A DNA stretch of 64,000 bases from Octopus bimaculoides (Eukaryota), in NCBI RefSeq assembly GCF_001194135.2, contig NC_068982.1:108415498-108479497 (forward strand), written 5' to 3'. Both the position numbers and the translations under genes were made by a program. The stretch's first letter is position 1. Every line of letters begins with the position of its first letter. A model generated the notes under the pieces. It ran no database searches. It was not told the DNA's origin and saw only the letters and a program-made list of their open reading frames with translations. Of this stretch, positions 53,019-64,000 are shown in pieces.

Positions 53019-53840
53019 TATATTCAATAAAGCAGACAACATAAGAGAATTAATTAGCTTTAGCATGAAGAAATGGAAAGTAGATCTNNNNNNNNNNCAC
53101 CCAATTTAGTATTAAAGAAGGCAAAGGCAGAGTATCACTTCAGAAATAGCCAGATAGACAAAAGCCAAGTAGATTCCCAGTGTAGGTAATGCAAATCAAA
53201 AGAGAAAAGTGTTACTCAGATAGTAAGTGAATGTAACATGCTGGCAGAAAAGAATACAAGAAAAGACATGACAACCTAGGGAGAATAATCCACTAAGAGT
53301 TATGTAGAAAGCTAGGATTTGAACATACTAATAAATGGTATGAATATGAACCTAATAAAGTACTAGAAAGCAAGAAATACAAGATGTGGGACTTTAACAC
53401 TCAGACTGACAGAGTAATAGAAGCTAGAAGGCCTGCTTTAGTAGTAGTAGATAAAGAGAATAGAAAGTGCCAGATAATTGACTTTACAATCCCAAATGAT
53501 GAAGATATCAATATGAGAGGTATAGAAAAAATAGTAAAGTACCAGAACCTAGTCAGTGGATTACAGAGACTATGGAAAATGTGAATAAAATGTATCCCAG
53601 AAGTCATAGGTGCATTGGGAACTATCCCTAAAGATCTGAACAGACAGATAGAGGAAATAGGTATAAAACCCAGTTTAGTACAGCTCCAGAAAACAGTGTT
53701 ATAAGGGACTGCTAGTATACTAAGGAGGGTTCTTGGCATCTAAGGTTAATTGTTGTAGCCCAATGTTAGGTTTTTTTTTTCTTTTCCAATAGTTTAATCG
53801 GTTGTGTGCTTATGCAAATGATAATAACAATAATAATAAA
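53019..53840 (+). mobile_element. R4/Dong-like fragment B (CCHC knuckle plus RLE)
   Basis: CRxCK..E.SV.QIVSEC, KRHDNLG, KWYEYEP, WDFNTQTD..IEARRP, IIDFTIP.D, EK..KYQ.L, VIGALG; ends in an AAT-rich tail. Confidence 0.82.
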
Positions 53841-54593
53841 AGATGAATAACACCAAAAAATTTAAAAAAACCCAGAACTCACAACATTTCAATCAGTCCA
53901 AAAGATAGTTCTGATAGCCACATCCACATCATATTGAAGAAACTTTCACTTCAATAGTACAACAAACAGTGCAATAGTACAACACACTCCTTATACAATC
54001 ACTCTCCATTAAAATAACACAACATACACTTTTATAAACTGGATTCCTGACATTGTAGCACATTACAACACCAACAATTGACATATTTCAAATTCTATGT
54101 CTTTGCCACCCACACAGAACTTATTTTATTTAATCCTCTTCCAACATAAAACACACAACACTATAAGAAATAAAAAACATTTTTCCAGTAACGTAATACA
54201 TTGTACATTGTATACACTATAGACAACACTAAAATAATACCAGAAACAACAAAGTAGAACTGGTGTAGTACACAAACACTGCTTTCCATTCACAAAAGAC
54301 AACACAATACATATCTGAGAAACACAGAGGTGCAGCTAATAACACAGCAGAAACTTGCATAAAATTGATTATAAATAATACTCTGGCATGATTGTAGGTG
54401 CAGCATGGCTATACAGGTACACAAGCATGGCACTATGGCTCTATGTGCCCATATCTGCACAAAGTGTGCAACAAATTGCCATATAAGGTTGAGGTTAAGA
54501 ATTCGAGCTATGTTAAACTCCTGCAGCAGCACAATGCAGCTACAGACCATCAATACAGGGGAGGACTATTACACAGTTGGAAGAGCCACAAGA

Positions 54594-54657
<64 letters not shown>

Positions 54658-55934
54658 TTATGCATGCGTGCATGCATGCATGTGTGCATATATGTATTTG
54701 TATTTGTTTCTCACTGCTTGACAGCCAGTGTAGGTTTGTTTATGTCACCGTAACTTAGTAGTTCAGTAAAAAAAAAATGTAGAGTAATATAAGTACCAGA
54801 CTTATATCTCTAGGGTCAATTTAATTGGCCATGGCTACAGCTCAGAGACTGAAACAAATAAAGAATAAAAGAACTTTGGCATGAAAAACTCAATATGGCC
54901 ATTATCCAAGATTGACCAAAATCATCATCATCATTATTGTAGTCTAGCATCCATTTTTCATGCTGGTATGGGTTGGACAGTTTGACAGGATCCAACAAAT
55001 CAGAGGAGTGCACCAAGCTCCAATGTTTACTTTAACCTGGTTTTTACAGCTGATGCCCTTCCAAATACCAATTGCTTGACAGAGTGTACTGGTTACTTTT
55101 TATGTGGCACTGGCACATGTAAGACCACCCAGTAAGTCGCAAAACAAAACCCCTCAAATGAAATGGTGTAGTATTGAGGTGGTGGGGGTTACTCCAGGTG
55201 AAAAGGGGAGAAAATGATGAAAAGTTGTCAGGATTTATCTTCAAGTTACAAGAAAGTGAACATTAGAGAAACAGTCCAGAAGATTGGAAGGGGTGAATGG
55301 GTAAGATCATAAGAGTGTGAAAGGAGAGCAGCACATGGATGAAGGTGGGGTAAGATGGATGAAGGTGAGATGGATGGATGAAGGCGTGGATAGAGTTGAA
55401 TGCAGTGAATGGTGGATATAAAAAGAAAAAGCTCAGCATTGGCTGAAAAACCCATGACTTGAGAACAATGTGGTCCAAAGCAAAAACCTTCTGATGAGAA
55501 CCTACCAAAAAATCGTATAAGGAAGCAGAGTACAAAGGAAAAAATGTTAGAGCAGAATGTATAAAATGTGTGGAGGTTGTGAAGAATGTATTTCTGGCTG
55601 TTTGGTCATAATCAAAGCATAGTATGTAAACTGCCATAAAAGAGATAATGGTTTCAAACACTGGAAACTATGCCAGCATTATGGAATGTATTCACATATT
55701 CTATAAAAAGAGGTAGTACAAATACACAAGACACAATATTTTTCCCTACAAGACACAAGACACATTGTTATCTTTCACAAGCGTTCTTATTCCTAAAGCC
55801 CATGGAATTATATCTTTGACCCCTTTATATCTCTATGTAAACAAACCTTCTAACGGTCACTCACCATGTAACATCTCTGCTCGTAAGTTACCTCATCATT
55901 TCGTTTTTGTCTTGCTATTACATATTTTATTATG

Positions 55935-56025
55935 AACTTCCTGAAGAGAAATATATGAGGAACCCCAACAGCTCTTTCTTCTTTGTGAAAGAGCTCTCAT
56001 TTATTTCGAAACATGTGTAGGAATT
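55935..56025 (+). ncRNA. Type I hammerhead ribozyme with intact core and long branched stem II
   Basis: CTGAAGA (55941-47); stem II GAAATATATGAG/CTCATTTATTTC (11 of 12 bp) with inner AGCTCTTTC/GAAAGAGCT (9 bp); GAAAC at 56008-12; stem III ACA/TGT; GUA triplet 56017-19; imperfect stem I AACTTC/GGAATT. Confidence 0.8.
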
Positions 56026-57015
56026 AAAGGAACTTTTATTGACATGCGTTTTGCTCTATTTATTATTATTATCCATATCTTCTCAAAANNNNNNNNNNNN
56101 NNNNNNNNNNNNNNNNNNNNNNNNNNNNNNNNNNNNNNNNNNNNNNNNNNNNNNNNNNNNNNNNNNNNNNNNNNNNNNNNNNNNNNNNNNNNNNNNNNNN
56201 NNNNNNNNNNNNNNNNNNNNNNNNNNNNNNNNNNNNNNNNNNNNNNNNNNNNNNNNNNNNNNNNNNNNNNNNNNNNNNNNNNNNNNNNNNNNNNNNNNNN
56301 NNNNNNNNNNNNNNNNNNNNNNNNNNNNNNNNNNNNNNNNNNNNNNNNNNNNNNNNNNNNNNNNNNNNNNNNNNNNNNNNNNNNNNNNNNNNNNNNNNNN
56401 NNNNNNNNNNNNNNNNNNNNNNNNNNNNNNNTATATGTATGTATACAAGTAACCCAGGGTGATAGTAGAGGACTTGTTCAATCACCCAAGGTGGTGCACA
56501 GTGGGATTGAACTTGAAATTGGCTGAGAAACAAACTTCTTAACCACACAACCATGCATGTGCCTATAGAAATGAAAGAAAAAGGAAAAAAAAAAGAAAGA
56601 AAATGTCTCCTAAAAGGCATATTCATTTCAACATACAACAAGGCATGTATAGCTAAAATGAACCAAGACATGAACTAAATATGAAATCCTATAAATAGAG
56701 ACATCTAGAATGTAGGATTTAAAACATGCAATCAATATGTGCCAAGGGAATAATAAAAGCAATGAAGATAATTATATTAACAAATTCCAAGGATTTACAC
56801 AATATATACAGAAAATAGTATTACTTGACACAGTATGGAGTATTTTCTCAATACAATAAAAAGCAATATCCCACAAAATCCAAACAAATTATTGCACATA
56901 GCCAAAGCAAGCATTACTATGTGTGGTTGCACAATAAAACATGAAGCAACAATAATGACTATTGAAGTGATTATAACGATTACTGAGATAGTTACAAAGT
57001 AATATATATTTGCAT

Positions 57016-57051
<36 letters not shown>

Positions 57052-57295
57052 GATTGAATAAATCTGGTATATTTTATTAGTTCTAGAAATATGAAAAGCA
57101 AAGTCAACTTCAAAAGGATTCGATATCAGAATGTAGAGTGACATGACTAAATTCCACGAGTCATTTTGTTTGACACTCTACCAGTTCTAGCCAGTTCACC
57201 TTAATAATATTATTATCATTAATGACGAGGATGATGATGATGATGATGTTGATGACAATAACGACACTAATAATAATAATAATAATAATAATATC

Positions 57296-57980
57296 ATGTA
57301 CATTGTTTTGTCTTGGTATAAAAGATGGGCTACAGCAAATATTCTGCTTAATACCACAGATTTGCTTGTCAGTTGTTTGACCTTAACCAGTTGAGCATGT
57401 CCTTTGGTGGCTGACGATATGTGCATCTCTGATCATGAGCAGAAGTAGTGGGGGAACATCATAGCCATGTGTTGAAAGGAATTCTTTGGGGTTTGAATAA
57501 TTCACCTTTGGAAACATGGGTGCTTTGCTCAACATCCTTAAACAAACTTTATTCAGGGACCTTTTGAGCAGGATGGGCTACTCGACCTGAAGAAAATTCT
57601 AACTAGGCCCCACCTGCATATCCTTTAGTGCCTGACAATATATGCATCTCTGATCGCGAGCAGAAGTAGTGGGGGAACATCATAGCCATTTGTTGAGAGG
57701 AATTCTTTGAGGTTTAGATAATTCACCTTTGGAAACATGGGTGTTTTGTTCAACGCCCTCAAACAACCTTTTGGGGGACCTGTAGAAAATTCTAACTGGG
57801 CCCCACCTGCAAGGTCATGCACTGTTTATCTTGATATGAGATCACCATGTTGTGCACATATGGTTGTGATGCATGTGCCTGGTGTACCCTTAACAGATGG
57901 GTAGTTATGATGGGTATACTGGGCTTTGTATATTTTACCCCAGTGTCACTTTGATAGCATGCACTGCTCTCTCACTCAAT
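57296..57980. repeat. Repeat element next to an (AAT)n tract, with an internal ~200-bp tandem duplication (57400-57618, 57621-57811)
   Basis: Two diverged copies of TCCTTT.GTG.CTGAC.ATAT...GCAGAAGTAGTGGGGGAACATCATAGCC...GCCCCACCTGCA; family not identified. Confidence 0.65.
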
Positions 57981-58039
57981 AATGACGATGATGATGATAA
58001 TTTCTTCTCTGTTACTGTATATGCAACACTTCCTGTAAG

Positions 58040-58720
58040 AGAAGTGTAAGGATGTGTGATCAAAGAGAAGAAAGGATTGCAGAAATAGTTTCAGAATGTC
58101 CAAAACTAGCACAAAAAAAGTATAAGAATTAGAGACATGATAGGATGGCAAGTGTTATGCATTAGGAAATCTGTAAGAAGTACAACTTTCCTTCTTCTGA
58201 AAAGTGGTATGACCACAAGGTGAAGGTGCTGGAGAATGAAAATGCAAAGATCCTGTGGGACTGTAATTTGCAGAGAGATAAATTCATGGAATACTCTCAG
58301 CCCAACATCGTTACTTTTCACAAAACACCTTGTGAATGTTTGATGGTGGATATAACATGTCTCTTTGATACTAAAGTAACAGAAAAAGAACAGGAAAAGC
58401 TTGATAAGTATAATGATTTGAAATATGAGATTGGGAAGCTTTGGGAATGTAAGAGTGTAAAGGTGGTGCCACTTGTCACTGGCCCATTGGCTACTGTAAG
58501 AAAGAATTTCAAAAAAATTTGAGGAACATCCTGGTTGTGACACAAGCTGTTTATTAGGAACAGCAAGAACCTTATGAAAAATGCTGGATACTTAAAATCA
58601 TAGGATGCAACTTGCTATCCAGTAGAATGAACCAGCATAACATCTAACACCAGCATAACATCTAAGACCAGCATAACATCTAAGACCAGCATAACATCTA
58701 AAACAAATATTAAATAATAA
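58040..58720 (+). mobile_element. R4/Dong-like fragment C (CCHC plus RLE)
   Basis: IVSECPKLAQKKYK, RHD, KWYDHK, KILWDCNLQ, VDITC.FD, EKLDKYNDLKYEI, VVPLVTG. Confidence 0.8.
58631..58702. repeat. 18-bp tandem repeat, 4 copies, at 3' end of Dong-like fragment C
   Basis: ACCAGCATAACATCTAA(C/G/A) x4. Confidence 0.93.
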
Positions 58721-58724
58721 ATGT

Positions 58725-59800
58725 ATGGGCTATGACAGTATTGAGATACTCTGCTCCCTTTCTGAAATGGACAAAGGCTGAGCTACAGAACTTGGATAGA
58801 GGAACTAGAAAGTTGTTCACAATGCACAATGCACATTACCCTAAAAGTAAAGCTGAAAGACTTTATCTATCAAGAAAGTAAGGAGGCAGAAGATTACTAA
58901 ATGCAGAAAATACTGTCAGGGCCATGATACTGGGATTGGAAAATCATTGTGCAGAGTAATGAAAGAATACTATCAGCAGCTATTGATGCCGAGAATGGGA
59001 CTGAAACAGTAGAATTCAATGAGATGGAAGTCCAACAGAATAGAGAAACAGAAAGAAATGGAATTATATGGCCAGTTCATGCAACAAACTGAAAATGTTG
59101 GAAGTTAAAGAATGCTAGCTCTGGTTGACAGACAGGAACCTGAAATGAGACCAAAACACTAATTATAGCAGTTCAGGAACAAGCCATTAGAACAAATCTG
59201 ATAAAGGCAAAGACCAACAAATGTAGAATATGTAAGAAAGGAGACGAAAGTATTAATCATATCTTGAAAGAAGTATAAATGCAGTCATGGCTATGTAGGC
59301 AAAAGAGTACATTGGGATGTTAGGTGAATGTGTGGCTTCAAAATAAGAGGAAAGTGGTATGAACACAAACCTGAGGCTATGATAGAAAATGAGAATTACA
59401 AGATCGTGTGGGATTTACCCATAAAGATTGACCATACTACTGAAACAAGAAGACTAGATATGATCATAGAGGATAAAATAAACGAACAGTGTAAGAAAAT
59501 AGATTTTGAAATTCCCCATGATAGCAGAGTCAATACCAAAGAAATTGAAAAATCTGATAAATATCAGGATCTAGCCAGAGAGCTTTAGAGACTGTGGAAG
59601 ACTAAGACAACAATTTTTCCTGTAGTAATTTGTGCACTTGGTACACCACCAAAAATGCTACCTAAAAAGCTGGAGGAGATTGGAACTGAGACTTGCATTG
59701 TCAACCTATAGGAAAGTACCATCCTATATTCGACAAGAATCCTAAGAAGAATTTTTGAGATTTGAAGAGACTTGTAGTCACAATATCTCAAGACAAACAT
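58725..59800 (+). mobile_element. R4/Dong-like fragment D
   Basis: WTKAELQNLDR.TRK, HYPKS.AERLYL, CRICK..DESINHI, KWYEHKPE, KIVWDL.I..D, IDFEIP.D, EK.DKYQDLAREL. Confidence 0.8.
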
Positions 59801-59827
59801 TTCTTCTAATTAAATTAGCATGTAGAG

Positions 59828-60010
59828 CAGGGGTCTCCAAAGTTGTCGATATCAACCCCTGGAAGTTAATGGGACTATTCAAGGGGTCAATAAATGCACA
59901 TCTACTTAATTATTATTATTTATTTATTTTCTTGTACATGCCTGGGGGTTGATGAGGGAGTCAAGGATTTCATAAAGGGGTTGATGGTCTAAAAAGTTTG
60001 GGGACCCCTG
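59828..60010. mobile_element. hAT MITE, 183 bp
   Basis: TIRs CAGGGGTCTCCAAA / TTTGGGGACCCCTG; imperfect 8-bp TSD ATGTAGAG / ATGTAAAA. Confidence 0.78.
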
Positions 60011-60419
60011 ATGTAAAAGCTTAATAACAACAACAGTAACAACAAGGATATTTTCTGTAATACGCAAAAGGCCTTAAATTTTGTAGGGAGGGATTAGAAC
60101 TTACATGGGTGAAATTCCACTAAACATTTTGTACAGTGTTCTAATGATTCTGCCAACTCACCATCCAAATAGTAATAATAATAATAATAATATTCTTTTC
60201 TACTACTGGCACAAAGTCTAAAATTTTAGGGGAGGGGGTTAGTCAATTACATCAACCTCAGTATTTGACTGGTACTTATTTTATTAACCTCAAAGAAGTG
60301 AAAGGCAAAGTTGACCTCAGTGGAATTTTAACTCAGAACATCAAGATAAAGGAAATGCCACTAAGTATTTTGCCCAGCATGCTAATGGTTCTGCCAACTC
60401 ACCACCTTAATAGTAATAA

Positions 60420-60480
60420 CTAGCTGGATCCGTGAAAAATTCATGGAAAACATTAAAAAATGTAAGCATCTGTAAACAGT
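60420..60480 (-). mobile_element. Short Helitron-like 3' terminus
   Basis: Minus strand CCATGAA-TTT-TTCACGG hairpin (one G-U pair), 6 nt, then CTAG|T. Left boundary firm, right boundary approximate. Confidence 0.5.
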
Positions 60481-61024
60481 GTACAGGTGCCATGAGAAAT
60501 GTTCGCAGATTATGACCATCTGTCTTTAAGTTCTGAGTTCAAATTCTGCTGAGGTCAACTTTACCTTTCATCCTTTCGGGGTTGATAAATTAAGTACCAG
60601 TTGTGTACTGGGGTCAATCTAATCAATTCCCCCACCCCCTCACAAAAATTTCAGGCCTAGAAAAGTATATTGCAACAATTACAGAATATAGAAAGTAATG
60701 TAACACTAATGACCATATAATCCAACCAAAACATCTGTTACACAAACATAAAATACATTGCACATACTCAAAGAACCTTCTTGGTTTAGTGGTACGGAAC
60801 GTTTTTCTGGTATTATTTTATTCTTTCACTTGTTTCAGTCATTTGAGGGTGGCCATGCTGGAGCACCACCCTTTAGTCAAAGAAATTGACCCCTGGACAT
60901 ATTCCCTGAAAGCCTGGCACTTATTCTATCAGTTTCTTCTGCTGAACAGCTAAATTACATGGACGCAAACACACTAACATCGATTGTCAAGCAATGGTGG
61001 TGGTGGGACAAACACAGACACTAA

Positions 61025-61057
<33 letters not shown>

Positions 61058-61106
61058 ACACACACACATGCATGTACACACACACACGCACGCGCACATA
61101 CATACA

Positions 61107-62523
61107 TACATATATGACAGGCTTGGAGGTAGTGGTGATACTTATGGTGCGATTTTGTGGTTTACTGGTATGCCAAGAGAGATCCAGCGGGCCCCTAACT
61201 GGTTCCCTGATCTTAAAGGTATAATGTGGATGTGTAGCTGCTAGAATAAGAATAGCCTGGGCAAAGTTCAGAGAGCTCTTACCTCTGCTGGCGACAAAGG
61301 GCCTCTCGCTCAGAGTAAAAGGCAGACTGTATGACGTGTGTGTACGAACAGCCATGCTACATGGCAGTGAAACATGAGCCGTGACTGCCGAGGACATGCG
61401 TAATCTCGCAAGGAATGAAGCCAGTATGCTCCGATGGATTAGTAATGTCAGTGTGCATACCCGACAGAGTGTAAGTATCTTGAGAGAAAAGTTGAACCTA
61501 AGAAGCATCAGTTGTGGTGTGCAAGAGAGACGATTGCGCTGGTATGGACATGTGGCGAGAATGGATGAGGATAGCTGTGTGAAAAAGTGCCACACCCTAG
61601 CAGTTGAGGGAACCCGTGGAAGAGGCAGGCACAGGAAGACTTGGGATGAGGTGGTGAAGTACGACCTCCGAACATTAGGCCTCACCAAGGCAATGACTTC
61701 TGACCGAGACATTTGGAAATATGCTGTGCTTGAGAAGACCCAGCAAGCCAAGTGAGACCAAAATCTAAGGCCTCTGCCAGGGATGTAGCCAGCCCACTTA
61801 TGCGTAACATTCCTTCTTTGGATACTAAACTCCGCTTGCGAAGACCTGTTGAGGCAAGTGAAATCGAAATCGAACTAAATTTGTAGACTGGCACCCATGC
61901 CAACGTCTCTTCATTGAACACTAAACTCGGCTTGTTAAGACCTGTTGGGGCAAGCGAAAGCGAAATCGGGATGGCACCTGTACCAGTAAATCATTAAGAG
62001 CACTGTCCGAGCGTGATCGTTGCCAGAGCACCAACTGTCTGGCTTCCGTGCTGGTGGCACGTAAATAGCACCATTCGAGCGTGACCGTTACCAACGTCGC
62101 CTTCCTGGCACTTGTGCCAGTGGCACATGAAAAGACATTCGAGCGAGTTTGTTGCCAGTGCCGCTGGACTGGCCCCTGTGCAGGTGGCACGTAAAATACA
62201 CCATTTCAAGCATGGCTGTTGCCAGTACTGCCTGACTGGCTTTCGTGCCGGTGGCACATAAAAGCACCCACTACACTCTCTGAGTGGTTGGTGTTAGGAA
62301 GGGGATCCAACTGTAGAAACTCTGTCAAATCAGATTGGAACCTGGTGTAGCCATCTTGTTCACCAGTCCTCAGTCAAATCGTCCAACCCATGCTAGCATG
62401 GAAAGCGGACGTTAAATGATGATGATGANNNNNNNNNNAATCGTCCAACCCATGCTAGCATGGAAAGCGGACGTTAAATGATGATGATGATGATGATGAT
62501 GTTGATGATGATGATGATGATGA
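61107..62523 (+). mobile_element. RTE-clade LINE 3' portion with UTR tandem units and (GAT)n tail
   Basis: RIRIAWAKFRELLPLL, RLRWYGHVARM, RGRHRKTW; same family as 1130-3372. Many tail-only copies elsewhere (e.g. 6145-6330, 16320-16560, 38240-38550, 41170-41360, 49880-50160, 54920-55110). Confidence 0.9.
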
Positions 62524-63039
62524 TTAGATTAAAATAAATACTATGATAGATTATTTATATTTTTAATTCTGTTGTTTCAAAGATCTTTTCCCTACTTACA
62601 TTCTACCATCATTCAGTATAAATTTCTTTCTGCAAAACTTCTGCCAAAGAATGCTGGCAATATTAAAAATGACATTTCTCATAGTAAGTACACTGTCAGG
62701 CATCTAGAATCAGTCCATTTCTTCTCCCTAAGGACTTATACAATATTTTGTGCAATGTATTTCTCCTTCAAATACATTTACTTCTTTTGATTAGTCGGTT
62801 AAATCAAAAGTTTGGTGCTTATATCAATCAAAAAGATTTAGATGCTACAAAAGTTTTTATTTAATTGTTTTAGAATTTCCTACAACTTCCCAAACGAAAA
62901 TGTTTTCTAATATATTTACAGCCAAGAGATATCCTTCTTTTAATTCTTTTCAATGTAACTATCAACATTTTTCACGTGCTATAACACGAGTTACTGACAC
63001 TTGGCATTCTTGAAATTCTCTCAATAGACACTTGGTGGC

Positions 63040-63243
63040 GTTGTCTACCAGTTACGTCATGTGCACGTTTAAGATGGCGCTAACATAGTGACGTCTGTTT
63101 GTACTCGAGGAGCGCTTCTCTTCGCTATTTTTTTCTCTAAGTTAAACCAGATTCATTGGTAGTGCACCATTACTTTGTATATATGAGTAAACTCACCCGG
63201 CAAAAATACTTATTCATTTAGCTGGGAAATTTTTGTTTCCAAA
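63040..63243 (+). promoter_or_regulatory. Putative CERT1 promoter/5' UTR
   Basis: CpG-retaining stretch with YY1-like AAGATGGCG (63071-63079) and CRE-like TTACGTCA (63052-63059) and TGACGTC (63089-63095). Confidence 0.5.
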
Positions 63244-63480
63244 ATGTCGGAGGAGAGAGACGTGCTTAGTATCACAGACGATGAGGAAAACGATGAATTT
63301 GAAGATGAAGGCCACTTGCCAGAGAAACACGGCACTCTAAGTAAATGGACTAACTATCTTCATGGTTGGCAGGATCGGTACGTTGTGCTTAAGGATGGTA
63401 CTTTCAGTTATTTCAAATCCGCCTCCGAAACAGCTTATGGATGTAGGGGCGCTGTCAGTTTAAACAGAGCCTGTGTGACG
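63244..63480 (+). CDS. CERT1: Ceramide transfer protein (CERT/COL4A3BP), first coding exon, PH domain N-terminal half; gene continues beyond window
   Basis: MSEERDVLSITDDEENDEFEDEGHLPEKHGTLSKWTNYLHGWQDRYVVLKDGTFSYFKSASETAYGCRGAVSLNRACVT|gtaagc. LSKWTNYxHGWQDR and YGCRG are CERT-type PH motifs. Confidence 0.92.
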
Positions 63481-64000
63481 GTAAGCAATTATCAACTTTG
63501 TCATTTGGTGTCTGGTATTTATTGTGACTTAAATGTGATACAACACTAAAGAAATTTTCTGGAGCTAGATATGTTTTTGTAATGTTAAAAAACCCCCCCA
63601 AATGATTTAGAACAGCTGACTTCAGTTTTATTTTCGATTTGGAAAAAATTAAAAGCGAAAACATTTCTTTGACAAGGATGGGTGCGGCTAGTAGCTTTAT
63701 TTTCATTGTAATTATTATCTTCATAATCGTTTGGAATTCCTGTCCCAAGTTCTAAAGTCTACATTTTCTTGTAAAGTTGTTGAGGAAATTTCCGTTCACC
63801 CTCTCTCTGTTTTTCATTCGTTATGTATATATATGTATATATCGATGTAAAAGCTGTTTGTCCTGGCCATGTGAATATCTACAATCCGCCCACAGCACTC
63901 TTTGTCCTATCTTTCTCAAGTGTCGCCATGTACATTAATAATGGTGACCGTCTTACTACGTGTCCGTAGTGTCAAAGTTCCTCTGTTCCATATAGACAAT

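Noticed and set aside
61835-61870. CTGTTGAG-GCAAGT-GAAAT in the RTE UTR (also ~2880) as a hammerhead
   Set aside because: Core A6 is altered and stems I-III cannot be formed.
62379-62500. Direct duplication of the RTE tail end
   Set aside because: The identical copies flank a 10-N gap; most likely unmerged contig overlap.

Overview
AT-rich, repeat-dense animal genomic DNA with N-gaps. The repeat families (tRNA-derived SINEs, RTE 3' tails, microsatellite load) look cephalopod, most likely Octopus; this is inference from recalled repeat consensus, not a search. Three host genes are supported by hand-spliced GT-AG exons. (1) CDK7 on the minus strand: exons 1-7 from 12854 down to 3463, 205 codons; its 3' exons were not found and probably lie left of the window. 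(2) A complete six-exon oligoribonuclease REXO2 on the plus strand (13014-24350, 225 aa), head-to-head with CDK7 with only 159 bp between start codons. (3) The first coding exon of ceramide transfer protein CERT1 (63244-63480). The ~39 kb between REXO2 and CERT1 has no recognisable host gene. It and the introns hold fossils of Helitron, Tc1/IS630, mariner, hAT and piggyBac-like MITEs, RTE LINEs, R4/Dong-like RLE retrotransposons, Penelope-like elements (PLE) and SINEs. The most notable hidden signal is five type I hammerhead-ribozyme-like motifs at four unrelated loci (17.4, 26.8/28.1, 41.6 and 55.9 kb). Two loci sit in divergent inverted-repeat structures and two in short ORF-less pLTR/retrozyme-like segments. 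The 55.9 kb motif has an intact catalytic core. REXO2 intron 2 is also almost entirely a nested fold-back structure.
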